DNA of 56,120 nt, counting the filler, from Sphacelaria rigidula (taxonomy: Eukaryota): NCBI GenBank assembly GCA_964200075.2. It is 3 parts of 3 records of this genome, joined end to end, with 100 filler letters (N's around TTAATTAATTAA, not from the genome) between each part and the next. Parts side by side here need not be neighbours in the genome. Positions count along the whole stretch, not along the records: positions 1 to 18,642 come from CAXNAA020000820.1; positions 18,743 to 37,382 come from CAXNAA020000821.1; 1 more part is not named here. One strand, 5' to 3'. Under the pieces are notes generated by a model. The model had not been told where the DNA came from. It made no database searches and saw only the letters and a program-made list of their open reading frames with translations. Positions 11,011 through 22,312 of the stretch are shown here, one piece after another; positions within the stretch are counted from its first letter, which is position 1; the number at the start of each line of letters is the position of its first letter. Made by a program: the position numbers and the translations under genes.

Positions 11011-12010
11011 GTGGTCAACGCACAGGTATGATACCAAGAGCTTCGGCGAGGCAGGTTCGCGTCAATAGTCATGTGCCTCTGTCCCCCCTCGTTTATCATG
11101 ATCCCCAGGGCCGTGCATCAATCGCAGTCCCGAATAATTCTTCTTCTGTTTGATATGATGTTGGGTGGATGGGGCTGCGGTTGGGTTGCAGGAATTTTAA
11201 TGTTGCAATCTGTGGTTTTGTTGGATGAAGGGAGCACAATGTGGCTGTCGTACATGGTATTGGAAGCTGGCTGTCGGTGAGTGAGCAACGGGAAACCAGA
11301 CCTCGTGGGAGTATCGCGAGCATGCTGCATCCGATTCATGCCAATCAGTCATGCTGCGCGGCGAAGCCGTCCCATTTCCGGCGGGCCCAGACCACCTTGT
11401 TTCTGTGTGGGCGAGGTGCGTTCTACCAGAATACTATTCCGAACTCCCCTCGATAGAGGCATGGCAACAAAAAGGTCGCCGACGTGGCCGGGCGCTGTAA
11501 GGGTGGAACCACTACATCAATCCGATATCTCTCGCCCGCTGTCCGAGGATGTAGCTGAACGTATGTACCGCAGTTTTCATTGAGGTGCATGGTATAGGCC
11601 TGCAATGCACGCTGCATTGGAGGGCTGTGCTTTACAGCACACTTCAAGTCATTAAACTACATTTGAAAAATTAACTCGTTTAGGACACATGTGTCCCATG
11701 ATGAACGGCAAAGCATCTCTCCGGGAAAAATTTCCCATCCCGGAGGGCGTTTCTCTCAAAACGGGGGCTTGAGAAAATGGTGCAAATCGACTCGCCAGAA
11801 AGAAGAACCCGATCCCCAGGGTAGACTTTTCCAGATTGTTCAAGAGGATTTTGAAGTATTGTGAAATGTGAGTCTCGTAAATTTCTGGCAGCCGCCAGAA
11901 AATCTCGCAAGCTACCCCCTGTCTCGCGCGTGACAACATCTCCGTACCAAGTTGGGGTGCTGTGCGTGACGCCTGCAGCGATGAACCAGACACCGAAGCT
12001 TTCGTACTCA

Positions 12011-12332
12011 TTTTTTTCTCTTTTTCATCTTTCACTTGTCACACTTTGAACCCCTCCCCTTCCTCGGGATGAGCACGTGGTCTCAAGGGATCAACCCATC
12101 TCTCCCCCGGTACCAAGTCTTGCTTTTTGGTCTGGCAGATTGAGTCAGCACTCCCGTAGCGCGTCAACTCACGTCGAGCAAACTCAGTCGACTACTTCGT
12201 TTACTCACGTCCTCACGCTTTCCATGATGATAATCAAACATTCCGAAGAAAAAACCCACGCATCGGGAATCGAACCCGCGTTTTCTCCACCCTAATGGTG
12301 ACCGTCGGTACGTTACACCACCGGGGTGCGGC
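12011..12332 (-). mobile_element. tRNA-derived SINE, family A
   Basis: Reverse complement: gccgcaccccggTGGTGTAACG (A box)...GGTTCGATTCC (B box), body, gggaaggggagggg-ttcaaagtgtga and A-rich tail; homologous to 18743-18899 and 31673-31990. Confidence 0.75.
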
Positions 12333-13639
12333 AAACGTTCATGGCAGTACCCTCCATGTATCGAGTTGCAGAGGGCGAGGGCACACATGAACTTCGGCTG
12401 TTGTGTCTGAGGGTTCCAGCGGAGAGGCAAAGGGACGAAGAGCGATTTTTATTTTAGATACTGTAAGCACTATGTATGAACAGGTCGGCCGAGCCATGAT
12501 GTTCCAAGTGACTGCCTGTACGTACTGCAAATAATATGTAAACCACGCGATTTGCGCCAACATGCATCCTCGACCACATGCTATTTTTTGGCAGCAATCA
12601 CTGTCATGACCTTTGCTATGGTGGCGGTCCGTCACGTGCTGCTTTGCTCCGCGGGGATGTGCACAGACGACAACCTCACGTATCACGAGCGAATACCTTT
12701 TCATCCCTTGACTTGTAGAGGACGAGTTCACAGATCAAATACGGTTGTCTTGTGGCAGACGGTTTCGAGACAGCCCAAGGGATCAAGCGCGATTTTTATT
12801 TTCGACGACGCACGGATCATGTATGACCGGGTCGGCAGAGCAACGATGTTTCACGTGACAGCTTGTACATACTGCAAAAAATATGTACCCTATGCGACTT
12901 TAGCCAACTTGCTTTTGAAATGGGACACTACAGGCGGGAAGGGGCGCGGTCGGTGACTGAACAATTCACCTCATTTGAAGAGTATCACCCCCTCCTATAT
13001 CACCATCCATCTCCTCTCTGCTGGCCTCACAATTGCTTTCGTCACGTTTGTCCAACTTCGTCCCTTACGGGATTTCAAAATTAGGATAAAATTGACGTTG
13101 AAGATGTTGATCTGGACAGAGTGTACCAGACCGTGACCAAGCGACTGACAAGATGGAATTCTTCCCACTCATGCCATGGCCCTGATCCCATGGGGCCCAT
13201 GAAAAGTTCACTTTCCAATCCCGCAGTCACAGCTATGTGTGGGATATGCCGCGCGCACCCAATCTACACAGTGTGAACCTCTTGATCGTCAACATTATAA
13301 ACATCGTCCTCAGTAGTTTCCACATGCGCGACGCTGCTGCTCATGGTCCCCAAATTTCCGGAATTTCTCGTTCTAGCACTATATCAGGCACGCAATTCAC
13401 TGCAGTTGCGTTGGTGTGTGGCGGCCACAACTGCTGCTGTTCGTGTTCTCGTCTTATCTTCGCAATGGCGGTAAACGTGGGGTGGCAGCTCGGAGGCGTG
13501 TGCTTCCCGAGTAGTACAGCAGCTGGACACAAGTGCACCAGGAGTTTTTACCCAATGATCTGAAGCGAGTTATCCGGAGTAAAAATATCATCTCAGCACC
13601 AACCACTAACAGGCTTGAAGATGTGTACCATGTTCAAAG

Positions 13640-14980
13640 TAGGGTTGTATATCAACTTATTCGTCAGGGTTGATTTTGGGGGGAAAATTGATTTCATTTG
13701 TATCAACGATCACATCAGCGCGTCGCTGATTCGTTGATTTATTTCAACTCAAAACTCATCTTGACTGGTTGATTATTTCCAGGAAACAAAGAGGCGTTTG
13801 CGTCGAGCAACGTTTTTCTTCGCCTGCGGCGCGACCATTGATCAACGGATATGTCTACTCGTCGACTCTACTCCCGAAAAGACGCTACCAACGACGAACA
13901 GATAGCAGCACACAGCAGCACACAGCACACAGCATACCGCACGTTGCCATCCTAGCCCACAAGTACCTTGCAGTACAAGCTTCATCTGCCGCGTGCGAAC
14001 GCGTGTTCTCTGCAGGCGGACTTGTGGCAACGAAGACCCGAAACCGCCTTAGGGGGGTTCGGGTAGCAGACATTGTGTTCCTACACGAAAACATAAAGCA
14101 TGACCTGTGGTAGACGTCAGTGCTATCGTGCCTCGTAGAGACTACTACTGGGCTTGTCCGGAAAGTGGACTACTTCTGTTTACACATATACCTGTGGTAC
14201 ACTATAGTGGGGGAGGGTGTCTTCAAGTACTACTTTTTCAGAAAGCGGAGAAGGAAAGGAAAATTCGCGTGCGTGTCGTATGGCCAAAGGCTGTTGTATC
14301 ACAACACCGTACACCATGCATAGCATGACGTGTTTTGAAGAGATACTCGCATCGCATCAATAATTCCTCTCGTCACTCACATCCACAACGCGGCATGATA
14401 CATACGGAGTAATGTGTAATATGAACTGCTAGTGTTCAACAAGGAGCTTACTCGATACGCGAGTGCAATCTGGGTACTACTCTCGTTTTTTTTTCTCAGA
14501 CAGGTTTGAGGCGAACATGCTCCATATTTGAGCGTGCTTCGAAATAAAACATAGCACTAATGTAAGAAGATGGGGTGCTCGAGTACCGACGCAACAGGTT
14601 GAGCTAAATTTTTGAACACAGGGCTGCTGTGCTGCTGCTGTGGGCTTGCGTATTCGTGTCCGTGTGCTCTACATTGTTCCACCGACAAAATTCAGCCGAT
14701 TTCTGGCTTGCGTGCTGCTCTAACCCTTGGACCGTGAGGGTAGGTCCTGTGCTGAATTGGCATCAGTTGCATTCGAAAAAGTATGCGTGATCCAGGTGGA
14801 CTACCCTCATCGCAGTCAAGGGTTAAATCCTACTGAAAAAATCAACTAATCATGATTACTATATCATCTGGCGTGTTGTTGATTAGATCACCATCAACTA
14901 ATCATGATCAAATCCAGCCGGTTTGGAAGAAAAAATCAGACATCAAACCAACCCCTCGAAGAAGTTGATTTACAACCCTA
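13640..14980 (+). mobile_element. Internally deleted hAT transposon retaining the C-terminal dimerization domain
   Basis: TIRs TAGGGTTGTAtATCAACTT / AAGTTGATtTACAACCCTA. 13930-14110 encodes PHVAILAHKYLAVQASSAACERVFSAGGLVATKTRNRL...IVFLHEN (hAT dimerization motif). No 8-bp TSD visible. Confidence 0.9.
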
Positions 14981-16794
14981 TTAATAGTTTATAGTACATT
15001 TTATATGAGCCAGGTCGTTGTTTTCAGGTGACGCGTGTATTTTTTTTATTGATATGACTCGCCAGATTACCGTCCAGTTCTTCGGCCGTATTGTATGGCA
15101 GTCAGAAAAACGGATCTGTACGCAGACCGGGGGACCTCAGATCCGGAAACAAATTGTATGGACCCCTATTTCACCAAAAGCGGAGAAGCTCAGACTCGTT
15201 TGTCACGATTTGAGAACGATTTTACACGAATCTGAGCGCAGGTCCGTGGAGAATCGAGGTCCTTCGAATCTGTAGGAAGTGACGTACGTATGTTGATGTT
15301 GATGTACGGTGATAAGGCAACAGGCGTTTGATATTTTCGCAACAACAGCAGCAGACAGTCTCGTGACAGCACAGACCGTGCCTGCGAGCGCCGGCTGCTT
15401 GAGCAGCTCCACATGGGGTTTGACAAGCGGGTAAGAAGTGTTGACGCCGTACCCTGCGGCGATGGCAATATTTTATGCGGCACTGTACTGCTGTGTGTAT
15501 CATCATAACGAGGGTACTGTACTATCCTACACTGTGCTGTCGCTGTATTTGCAGGGTGACGAATGACACTGCACTCGTGAACTCTTGCCGCATACCGTGC
15601 ACTGTTGTCGCAATATCGACTGTGCCATCATGTATTGCCACCCGGAATTATCGTGTACTGTCATTGTGCAGTGTACTGACTGCACTGTATTATACCGTAG
15701 GGTACCACGGTACGACGCTGCTCTCAAAGGATGATTCCCGCCTGTATGTTCTCCGGCTTCACTATGATACCATACCCGCCTAGAAAATGACCGTTCGTGT
15801 ACAGAACGACTTCGACAAATCAGTAAAATCGTACAGGGGTACACAAGGATCTGAGATTTGCGAATCTGAGTCCACCCGAATTGGCACAGATTGGGGTCGC
15901 GTCAGATTCAGGATTGGCGGCCATGCAAGTCGGTCTTACGAGTTGGGCCAGCCAACAATGGGTAGTTTTCTCGATCCGGCGACGCACTGCGTAAAATTAG
16001 GACTTGGACGCTAAAATGTTGACAGTAGCTTGCTATGATCGATATACAGAACATCACCAGAGCAGCAAAGAAAAAAAAAAGAAGAAAAAATTATGGGGAT
16101 TTGAAATTTCAGCGAAAACAAGATAACGTCATAAGTCCAGGAAAAAAGACAAGAATCTGCAGCTACTCCCGCTATGTATCATTTCCTCGGGTGCAGAAGT
16201 TCTTAGTGAAATTTCAGCTTGAGAGTCGTCGAATTGGACGGGGCATCGCACTTTTGGTGTGACACAGCCGCGCCCCTATAATTCAAGTCATAGAAGACTC
16301 CAATTAGGGAGGCCATGGCTTCGAATCCCCACAGAGGTTCTCTTTTTTTCCCGTCCGTCGTTAGGCTACTTCTGACGTATAGAAAAACACGGTGTCAGAC
16401 AAGCCGTTTTCCAACAGTGCAATTTTACACATCATTTTTCAAGGTCGCCCTCCTTACGTGAACGACGCGCTATCAAAATTGGAAACGCAGTGTTCATCGT
16501 TTTCTATGAACGTGCAGGCATTATTTCAAATTCTGGGGCGCGCGAGAGAGACGCAGCACTCTGCTGTCGCGTCGTGATGTACGGTCCGTACTGACCATTT
16601 GTGCTACTGTGATACATTGCCTGAGCAATAAATGGTGGGCTGCGTGACGCAAGACAATCAATACGGACACCGCCTTGCAGTACAAACTGACTGTACAAGT
16701 GACGGTTGTGCTTTTTCACTGCACGGTAGTTCTTGACTGAAAGGACAGCACGGACAACAGTACACATAGCAGTACTGCATTGTATGCATTGGCT

Positions 16795-17395
16795 GTAGTG
16801 ATGGCTTGGCTGCCATCATCACTGCTGTCGCTGGTGCTCGCGGGCAGTCAGCGTGCTGCTTTATTGTCCTTCGCTCGCCAGTAACGTGATGGCCCTTACT
16901 CCCATGAGGACAAAACAGGGCAGGGTCGATGACGAGTGCCGTACAAACCCTCTGTATGTAGTTTGCACAGTCTCGTAGCTCAGTTCAGGTCTGTGGATGC
17001 AGCGTGTTGCAAGCAGCACTCGAATACAGTACAGATTGCCCAAGCACCCAAGCCCTGTAGACACTGCAGCGGGTAGCACTGCTTATACTGTGGTCTTGCG
17101 TGTACAGTCAGTGCGGTCATGTCTCTACAAGTCTTGGGTGCGTGGGCAGTCTGTACTGCATCGCGAGTGCTGTTCTCAACACGCTGCATGCACAGACCTG
17201 AACTGCGAGCTACAATACTATCTGCGCAAACTATATACAGAGTGTACAGCACTCGTCATCGACCCTGCCCTGTGCTGCTCTCATGGGGTAAAGGGCCACT
17301 ACGATACTGGCGAGCGAAGGACAATAAAGCAACGCGCTTACTGCCCGCGAGCACCAGCGACAGCAGTGGCGATGGCAGCCAAGCCATCATGGCTG
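16795..17395. repeat. Long imperfect foldback with about 270 bp arms
   Basis: atggcttggctgccatc...actgctgtcgctggtgctcgcgggcagt from 16801 pairs with actgcccgcgagcaccagcgacagcagtggcgatggcagccaagccat ending about 17387; pairing continues inward to about 17065/17120. Confidence 0.9.
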
Positions 17396-18642
17396 CTGCC
17401 ATGGGCTGGAGCGTGCGTTGGCGTGCGGCGGGATTTCAAACGCGTTTCTGAAATCATTTTCCGATAGCCCAAAGCGATCGATTTGGGCTATCGGAAAACG
17501 TTAGAAATTTCAATGAAAAAACGCGTTTTCTGATCATATGAGAAATGGGTTTTTGGTCATTTATCAGAAAACGCGTTTTTTTATAGAGGTTGTTGCAAAC
17601 ATAAGAAGCAGTAATGTGATGTATTGTGTAGTACATTTTTTTCATTTTTTTATTCAGCGGCGGTGCCGTGTGTGACCAGGTTCGTCCGCACTTCACAGTG
17701 ATATGCTTACATCGGGTTCATTCGAGAAACTTGGAAAGCTGTAGTGTGAACAACGTTTGGCCGCTTCTAAGCTGGCCCAGCTCGTACGCATATAGCATTC
17801 GTGAGACATTTTCCCGCAATACAGTACGAGTACTCATGCCCCAAATCGGTCCCCATTCCCACCCATAACAGTAATCTTGTTCGTACGCCGACAAGACGAC
17901 TAGGTGGGGAGTATTCAAGACGTGGCTCGTATTGTTTGCGGCTTGGAATAGTCGTTGTCGGCATAAGGGATCACTTTGCATCGATTGGGAGGGGCGCGGT
18001 GGTGACGGGAGGCGTCTTGGCACACGCGGTCGGCACATCACGATGCAATACAGGCTGGGCTGCCTGAGAAGCGGACTTTCCGTCAGCTGGTTCTAACTGA
18101 CGATCTATCGCGAGTTGTGTCTACTATGCCACGTCATGGTAATCTGCTAATCAACGCGCGTTTTTCACTTCACGTAGCACTGCGATCTAACAAGTTCTCA
18201 TCAAACGAAATACCACACTGTAGTCAGTTGCGAAGTGTAGAGAGTTGAGGGTGGCATGTGCGGCGGAATTAGGGAATAAGAACGGCTGAAATCGCATCTA
18301 CGGTTACAGTCGGTTGTGCCGCGGCCATAAAGTGATGGTGCTGCAGTAGTCGTGGTTGTACAACAATACATGTCGTACTGTAGGCGCGCAGTGTCTGAGA
18401 TGGCACGCAGACGAGACCTCCAGCGCGCCAAGGCGTCGCGCTTGTCGAAAACGTTAAAGTTCCGGCTGAGGTTGTTGTACTCTAAAATCAAGTGAACCGC
18501 TTCTCGACAGAAGAACACGATTTCACTGCTCAATTTCAAGTCGTTTTCGATGAACTTTTGGCACGATATACATAGGGGTATATGTGAGGCCCCTACCGTC
18601 TCCCCCCCCCCCCCCACACACTTCGCACCACCTCTTTCCCCC

Positions 18643-18742
18643 NNNNNNNNNNNNNNNNNNNNNNNNNNNNNNNNNNNNNNNNNNNNTTAATTAATTAANN
18701 NNNNNNNNNNNNNNNNNNNNNNNNNNNNNNNNNNNNNNNNNN
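18643..18742. other. Assembly gap with artificial TTAATTAATTAA linker
   Basis: N-run/ttaattaattaa/N-run of 100 nt; identical construct at 37383-37482. Confidence 0.95.
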
Positions 18743-18899
18743 CACCACCCCAGTCGACTACTTTGTTTTCTCACGTTCTCATGCTTTCCACGGTGGAAAT
18801 TATACATTACGAAGAAAAAACCCAACGCATAGGGAATCGAACCCCCGTTCTCTCCACCCTAAGGGCGACAGTCGGACCATTACACCACCGGGGCGCGGC
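18743..18899 (-). mobile_element. tRNA-derived SINE family A, truncated by the gap
   Basis: Homologous to about 12185-12332 (cagtcgactactt...gggaatcgaaccc...ttacaccaccggggcgcggc). Confidence 0.75.
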
Positions 18900-19436
18900 A
18901 CTGTACGGCATACCAAAAGTAAATGTCCAGAGAATTGGAGAATAGATCTGGTTTGCTCACAGCTAGCCGGAAAACATTCCCCAACGGACTGGGGTCCGAA
19001 AAATCTATCCACGGGAGAAAATCTTCTATAGACGGGCTGAAATCCTCATATTTGTAAAAATCGATATCGGTTGCCATAAAAGATGGTCTCACAACACCTC
19101 TTTTTTGCAAAAATTTACATCTGACACATCTGACACTTTGGGCTCCGGGTACTATACCGCCATAGTAGTCGCAGTACACCGTACCATCTCACTACAGCTG
19201 CCGTGGATATGACACCACCCTAGCACACGCCGCACACCACGTCGGAGTGCCAGCTTGCGCATTTCTTTTCATGCTTCTCTTTGATCGTCTTACTTTTGTT
19301 GTGAAGCTGTTCTGGCTCTTCCAACATCTACTGGCAGGGATGATGCACGATAGAACAGTGCAGTACGATTTCCTTCTTGAGTACTTCCTCTGCAACGTTG
19401 TGCCGAAATCGTTGGCTTCATGATGTTGCTCCTTAC

Positions 19437-19697
19437 CTTAGGTTGACTGAATCTGAGTAAATTGATGTAATCCTGCGCGCTGAGGAAATTGTCCACGTCC
19501 CTCCTCGCGGCGTGCATGGGTACATCATCCATCTCCAAGGGCCCCAGCGTGTAGATGTAGGCTATTTGGGCGAAGAACCACATGCCGGAGAAGAGTCCAC
19601 AGGCGCCACGCAGCTGCAGCCAAGCGATCGCCCGCGTAAGACGCTTCACCCTTTCCTTCATAATGAGACGAGACCTATTCCTTCTCCGCTCGTGTAT
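19437..19697 (-). other. Exon-like coding segment: either an exon of the minus-strand candidate gene or a Harbinger/ISL2EU-like transposase N-terminal relic
   Basis: Open frame ...MKERVKRLTRAIAWLQL...DNFLSAQDYINLLRFSQPK ending at a strong AAG|gtaagg donor. Confidence 0.3.
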
Positions 19698-20194
19698 CTA
19701 AACTATGGTGGATGGACACGGCGCGGGTGACGGAGACCACCGCACAACACTCCTTGCCTTCAACTGCAGGCATATCTCCGTTTCAAATTGGGTTATGACC
19801 TCCACGACTATAGGGGTGCTAGCGGCGCGACTTGTACCTGTTCAACTCATGCCACCGACCACGTGACATTCGGAACAGAAATTACTAAACCCTGAAACGT
19901 TCGCCACGGTCCACGTCTTCCTGGTGAAAAAAAAAAATGGGGTTCAAGCCTGAACAATCCATCCGGTTTGCGCTTATCCCTGAGTTCAGGATGTTGTTTT
20001 TCCGAAACTCTGATGTCCATCGATGGCGAGTGACCTTCATCCACTGTAATTGCCCATAGGCTATCGATCGACTAATGCAACAACTATTGCCCCTTGCAAT
20101 ACGTATCAATATATGTGTTTTACCATCTATCGTGCTTGATAGTTTATATCGATAGATTTTGTCCATTGTCCAGAGTGTGGTATATTCAATAAAA

Positions 20195-20486
20195 AATGGT
20201 CAAGCGATAAAAAAATAGGGGGATTCACCTGGCCGTTTTCTACTGAAAATCCGTGTTTGGCCTGATTTGGCCAGAAACAAAAGTGCGGCCAGCGGGAAAA
20301 GTAAAGTTGCCCTAGAACGGTCTCAACCAGTAGAGCAAGTCATTCCAAGGCGTCAACTTCCGCCAAGCCTTCTTTTCGGGCGTAAAACGACGGGGAAGGG
20401 CCCAAAAGGCAGTTGTGAACAAAGGCAGTTTTAAACAAAGGCAGTTTTCGACAGGAACTGTGAACGGCTCCCATTAGAGTTGACCT
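20195..20486. mobile_element. Partial copy of the Harbinger-like MITE at 22626-23091
   Basis: Matches about 22825-23091 (actgaaaatccgtg...gcggccagcgggaaa...gaacggctcc..taagagttg). Confidence 0.75.
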
Positions 20487-20639
20487 CACCCTATAATTGT
20501 CTTCCCCTTGTCCTAAAACAAGAAATAAACCAAACAACCAAAAACCTTGTTTTTTACTTTATGCAGCGTGAAGCCAAATATCAGGCGCTGTATGATCATT
20601 TTCTTCGTGACAGTTTTGGGCTGGTGGGTATCGGGGTAC

Positions 20640-20734
20640 AGTAGTTAGCCTGTGACCACTGAAGGCGTCCGCATCAGACGCCCAGTACAGAGTACTGCGC
20701 AGATATCGGTAGGGTTTCTTTCTAGTGTGAAGGC

Positions 20735-20790
<56 letters not shown>
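20640..20790 (+). mobile_element. Retroposon 3' end with (CAA)n tail
   Basis: gtag-tagcctgtgaccac-gaaggcgtccgcatca...agagtactgcgcagat followed by about 19 CAA units; second copy at about 52583-52693. Confidence 0.7.
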
Positions 20791-20792
<2 letters not shown>

Positions 20793-22111
20793 GTAGAGTA
20801 GTACCGTACAAGCTGTTGCAGAGCATATATTTTCCCAGCCATCAGAAACCCGACTTTGATTTTCAACGGGGTCCCGGGCTGCCGTGAGGTCCAGTTCACC
20901 GCAGTACCTCAACAAGTCATCTCCAATGCCACAACTGTCGGCAGCCTGGCGACTACTGTAGTTGTAGATATGGAGAATATAGAAGATTGGCTTCCGATGG
21001 TCCGAGTGATGAGAATACACTGCAACCTGCAGTACAGACAGTGGTGCTGTGCGATACAGGATAATGCCTGCTTTTGCCGGAAGATATTGAGGGCTACCGC
21101 TACTGCATACAAAGATAGCGCGGGTGTTCCATACGTCGCAGAATGGACGAGCGGTCGCCCTGTTCAGGTTGGGGTGTCTGGTGGAGCAGTACAACAGTAC
21201 AATGGACAACATTTCTCATGCTCACTCACTACGAGTAACGAGATAATACAGACCGCGAATATGCAACGTCGAGTTTGCACTCAAGCCAGATTCTGGAAAC
21301 AAATAGTTGAGACTCTTTAAGGGTAGAGCAAAGCCTTCTTACACTCACCACACGTGCAGTTCACACCGTGAAAAAAGCTGCCTCCAGCCGGGCTCTAACA
21401 CCCAGCCAAACCGAGCCTTTACCTGACGAAACGTACCCCTGGTGACGTTGAACTTTACTAGACCGATGTTCTGACTATCAGACCCGCAGCAAGGAGATGC
21501 TCACGATACTCGTATCAGGATTGCAGCGATTCACTCATCGGAAGGTCCAAAGGGCGGGGCGGTAAATCTTCTGCCATACCCTTTGAGGAATAGCATAGCT
21601 ACTGGCAATTTTTCAAATTCTTCACACTTCATCAGTACTAGAACCTAGATATTATCACGTTTATCGGAATGAATGCGGCGATCGTCTCTTGAATGATCTG
21701 ATGCTGGAATAATAGTCTCTTGATTGATTCTGGGATCGTCTCATCATTTTCCGCGATACATCCTGGCAACAATTTCGGCATCGGCCCTCTCGTGTGTAGA
21801 TAGGCAAATGTAGTGACGAAAAAACACCAAATCAGGCTTCATCCTGGTGCTCTAGTTGAGCGCGTTCGAACGTCTACTGGCTTGGCGTGGCTACTTTATC
21901 GCGGATGCTTCTCTTATCCTGGATCAGGTCAGTCAGACCAAACGGTACCATCAAGCTACACACGATCTGTGCGACTGCGTCGTTCCTGTTGGGCGCTGGT
22001 AGTTGGAACCTCGCCTGAAGAGCACACGAAACGGTTACCGCGCCCATCATCCCAGCAACCTTGCTGCGGCATTCAAGCGACGACATGCAGTACATATGAG
22101 TATGCCAACAT

Positions 22112-22312
22112 ATGGACACGTCGATGGACATAACAGCAGACCATGAGGGGTATGGTGGTGTCCATGATCACGAGAACACGGCCGCCGAGTCTTTCGCCAC
22201 AGAAGCAGCGGGAGGGCACCAAAGCGAGGGGGAAAGCAAACGGCCACCCGAGGTCAGGCCGGACCATGGCCGATGCATTCTTCACTTCGACATCGATAGC
22301 TTCTATGCACAG
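22112..22312 (+). CDS. POLI: Pol iota-like exon 1 (catalytic motif I, DIDSFYAQ); GC donor
   Basis: ATG...HFDIDSFYAQ, then CAG|gcaggg; the start could also be the ATG at 22124. Confidence 0.85.

Larger units (their letters stand above)
16458..21026 (-). pseudogene. Candidate spliced gene or pseudogene of unknown function, divergent from the polymerase gene
   Basis: Putative exons 21026-20908 (VAVYSHHSDHRKPIFYILHIYNY...GDDLL), 18554/5-18418 (FIENDLKLSSEIVFFCREAVHLILEYNNLSRNFNVFDKRDALARW), 17973-17863 (SDPLCRQRLFQAANN...YEQDYCY) and 16532-16458 (GI*NNACTFIENDEHCVSNFDSASF). The last three join with matching phase-2 GT/AG junctions; in-frame TGA at 16528-16526. Ends not defined. Confidence 0.45.

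Noticed and set aside
12250..12332. tRNA-like sequences here and at about 16270-16335, 27180-27245, 31673-31745 and 50530-50575
   Set aside because: A/B boxes are present but there is no convincing cloverleaf; most are attached to repeated bodies, so they are SINE heads rather than tRNA genes.
20559..21212. Poly-Cys and poly-Val ORFs, and the low-complexity ORFs at 50016-50660
   Set aside because: Translations of (CAA)n microsatellites and A-rich low-complexity sequence.
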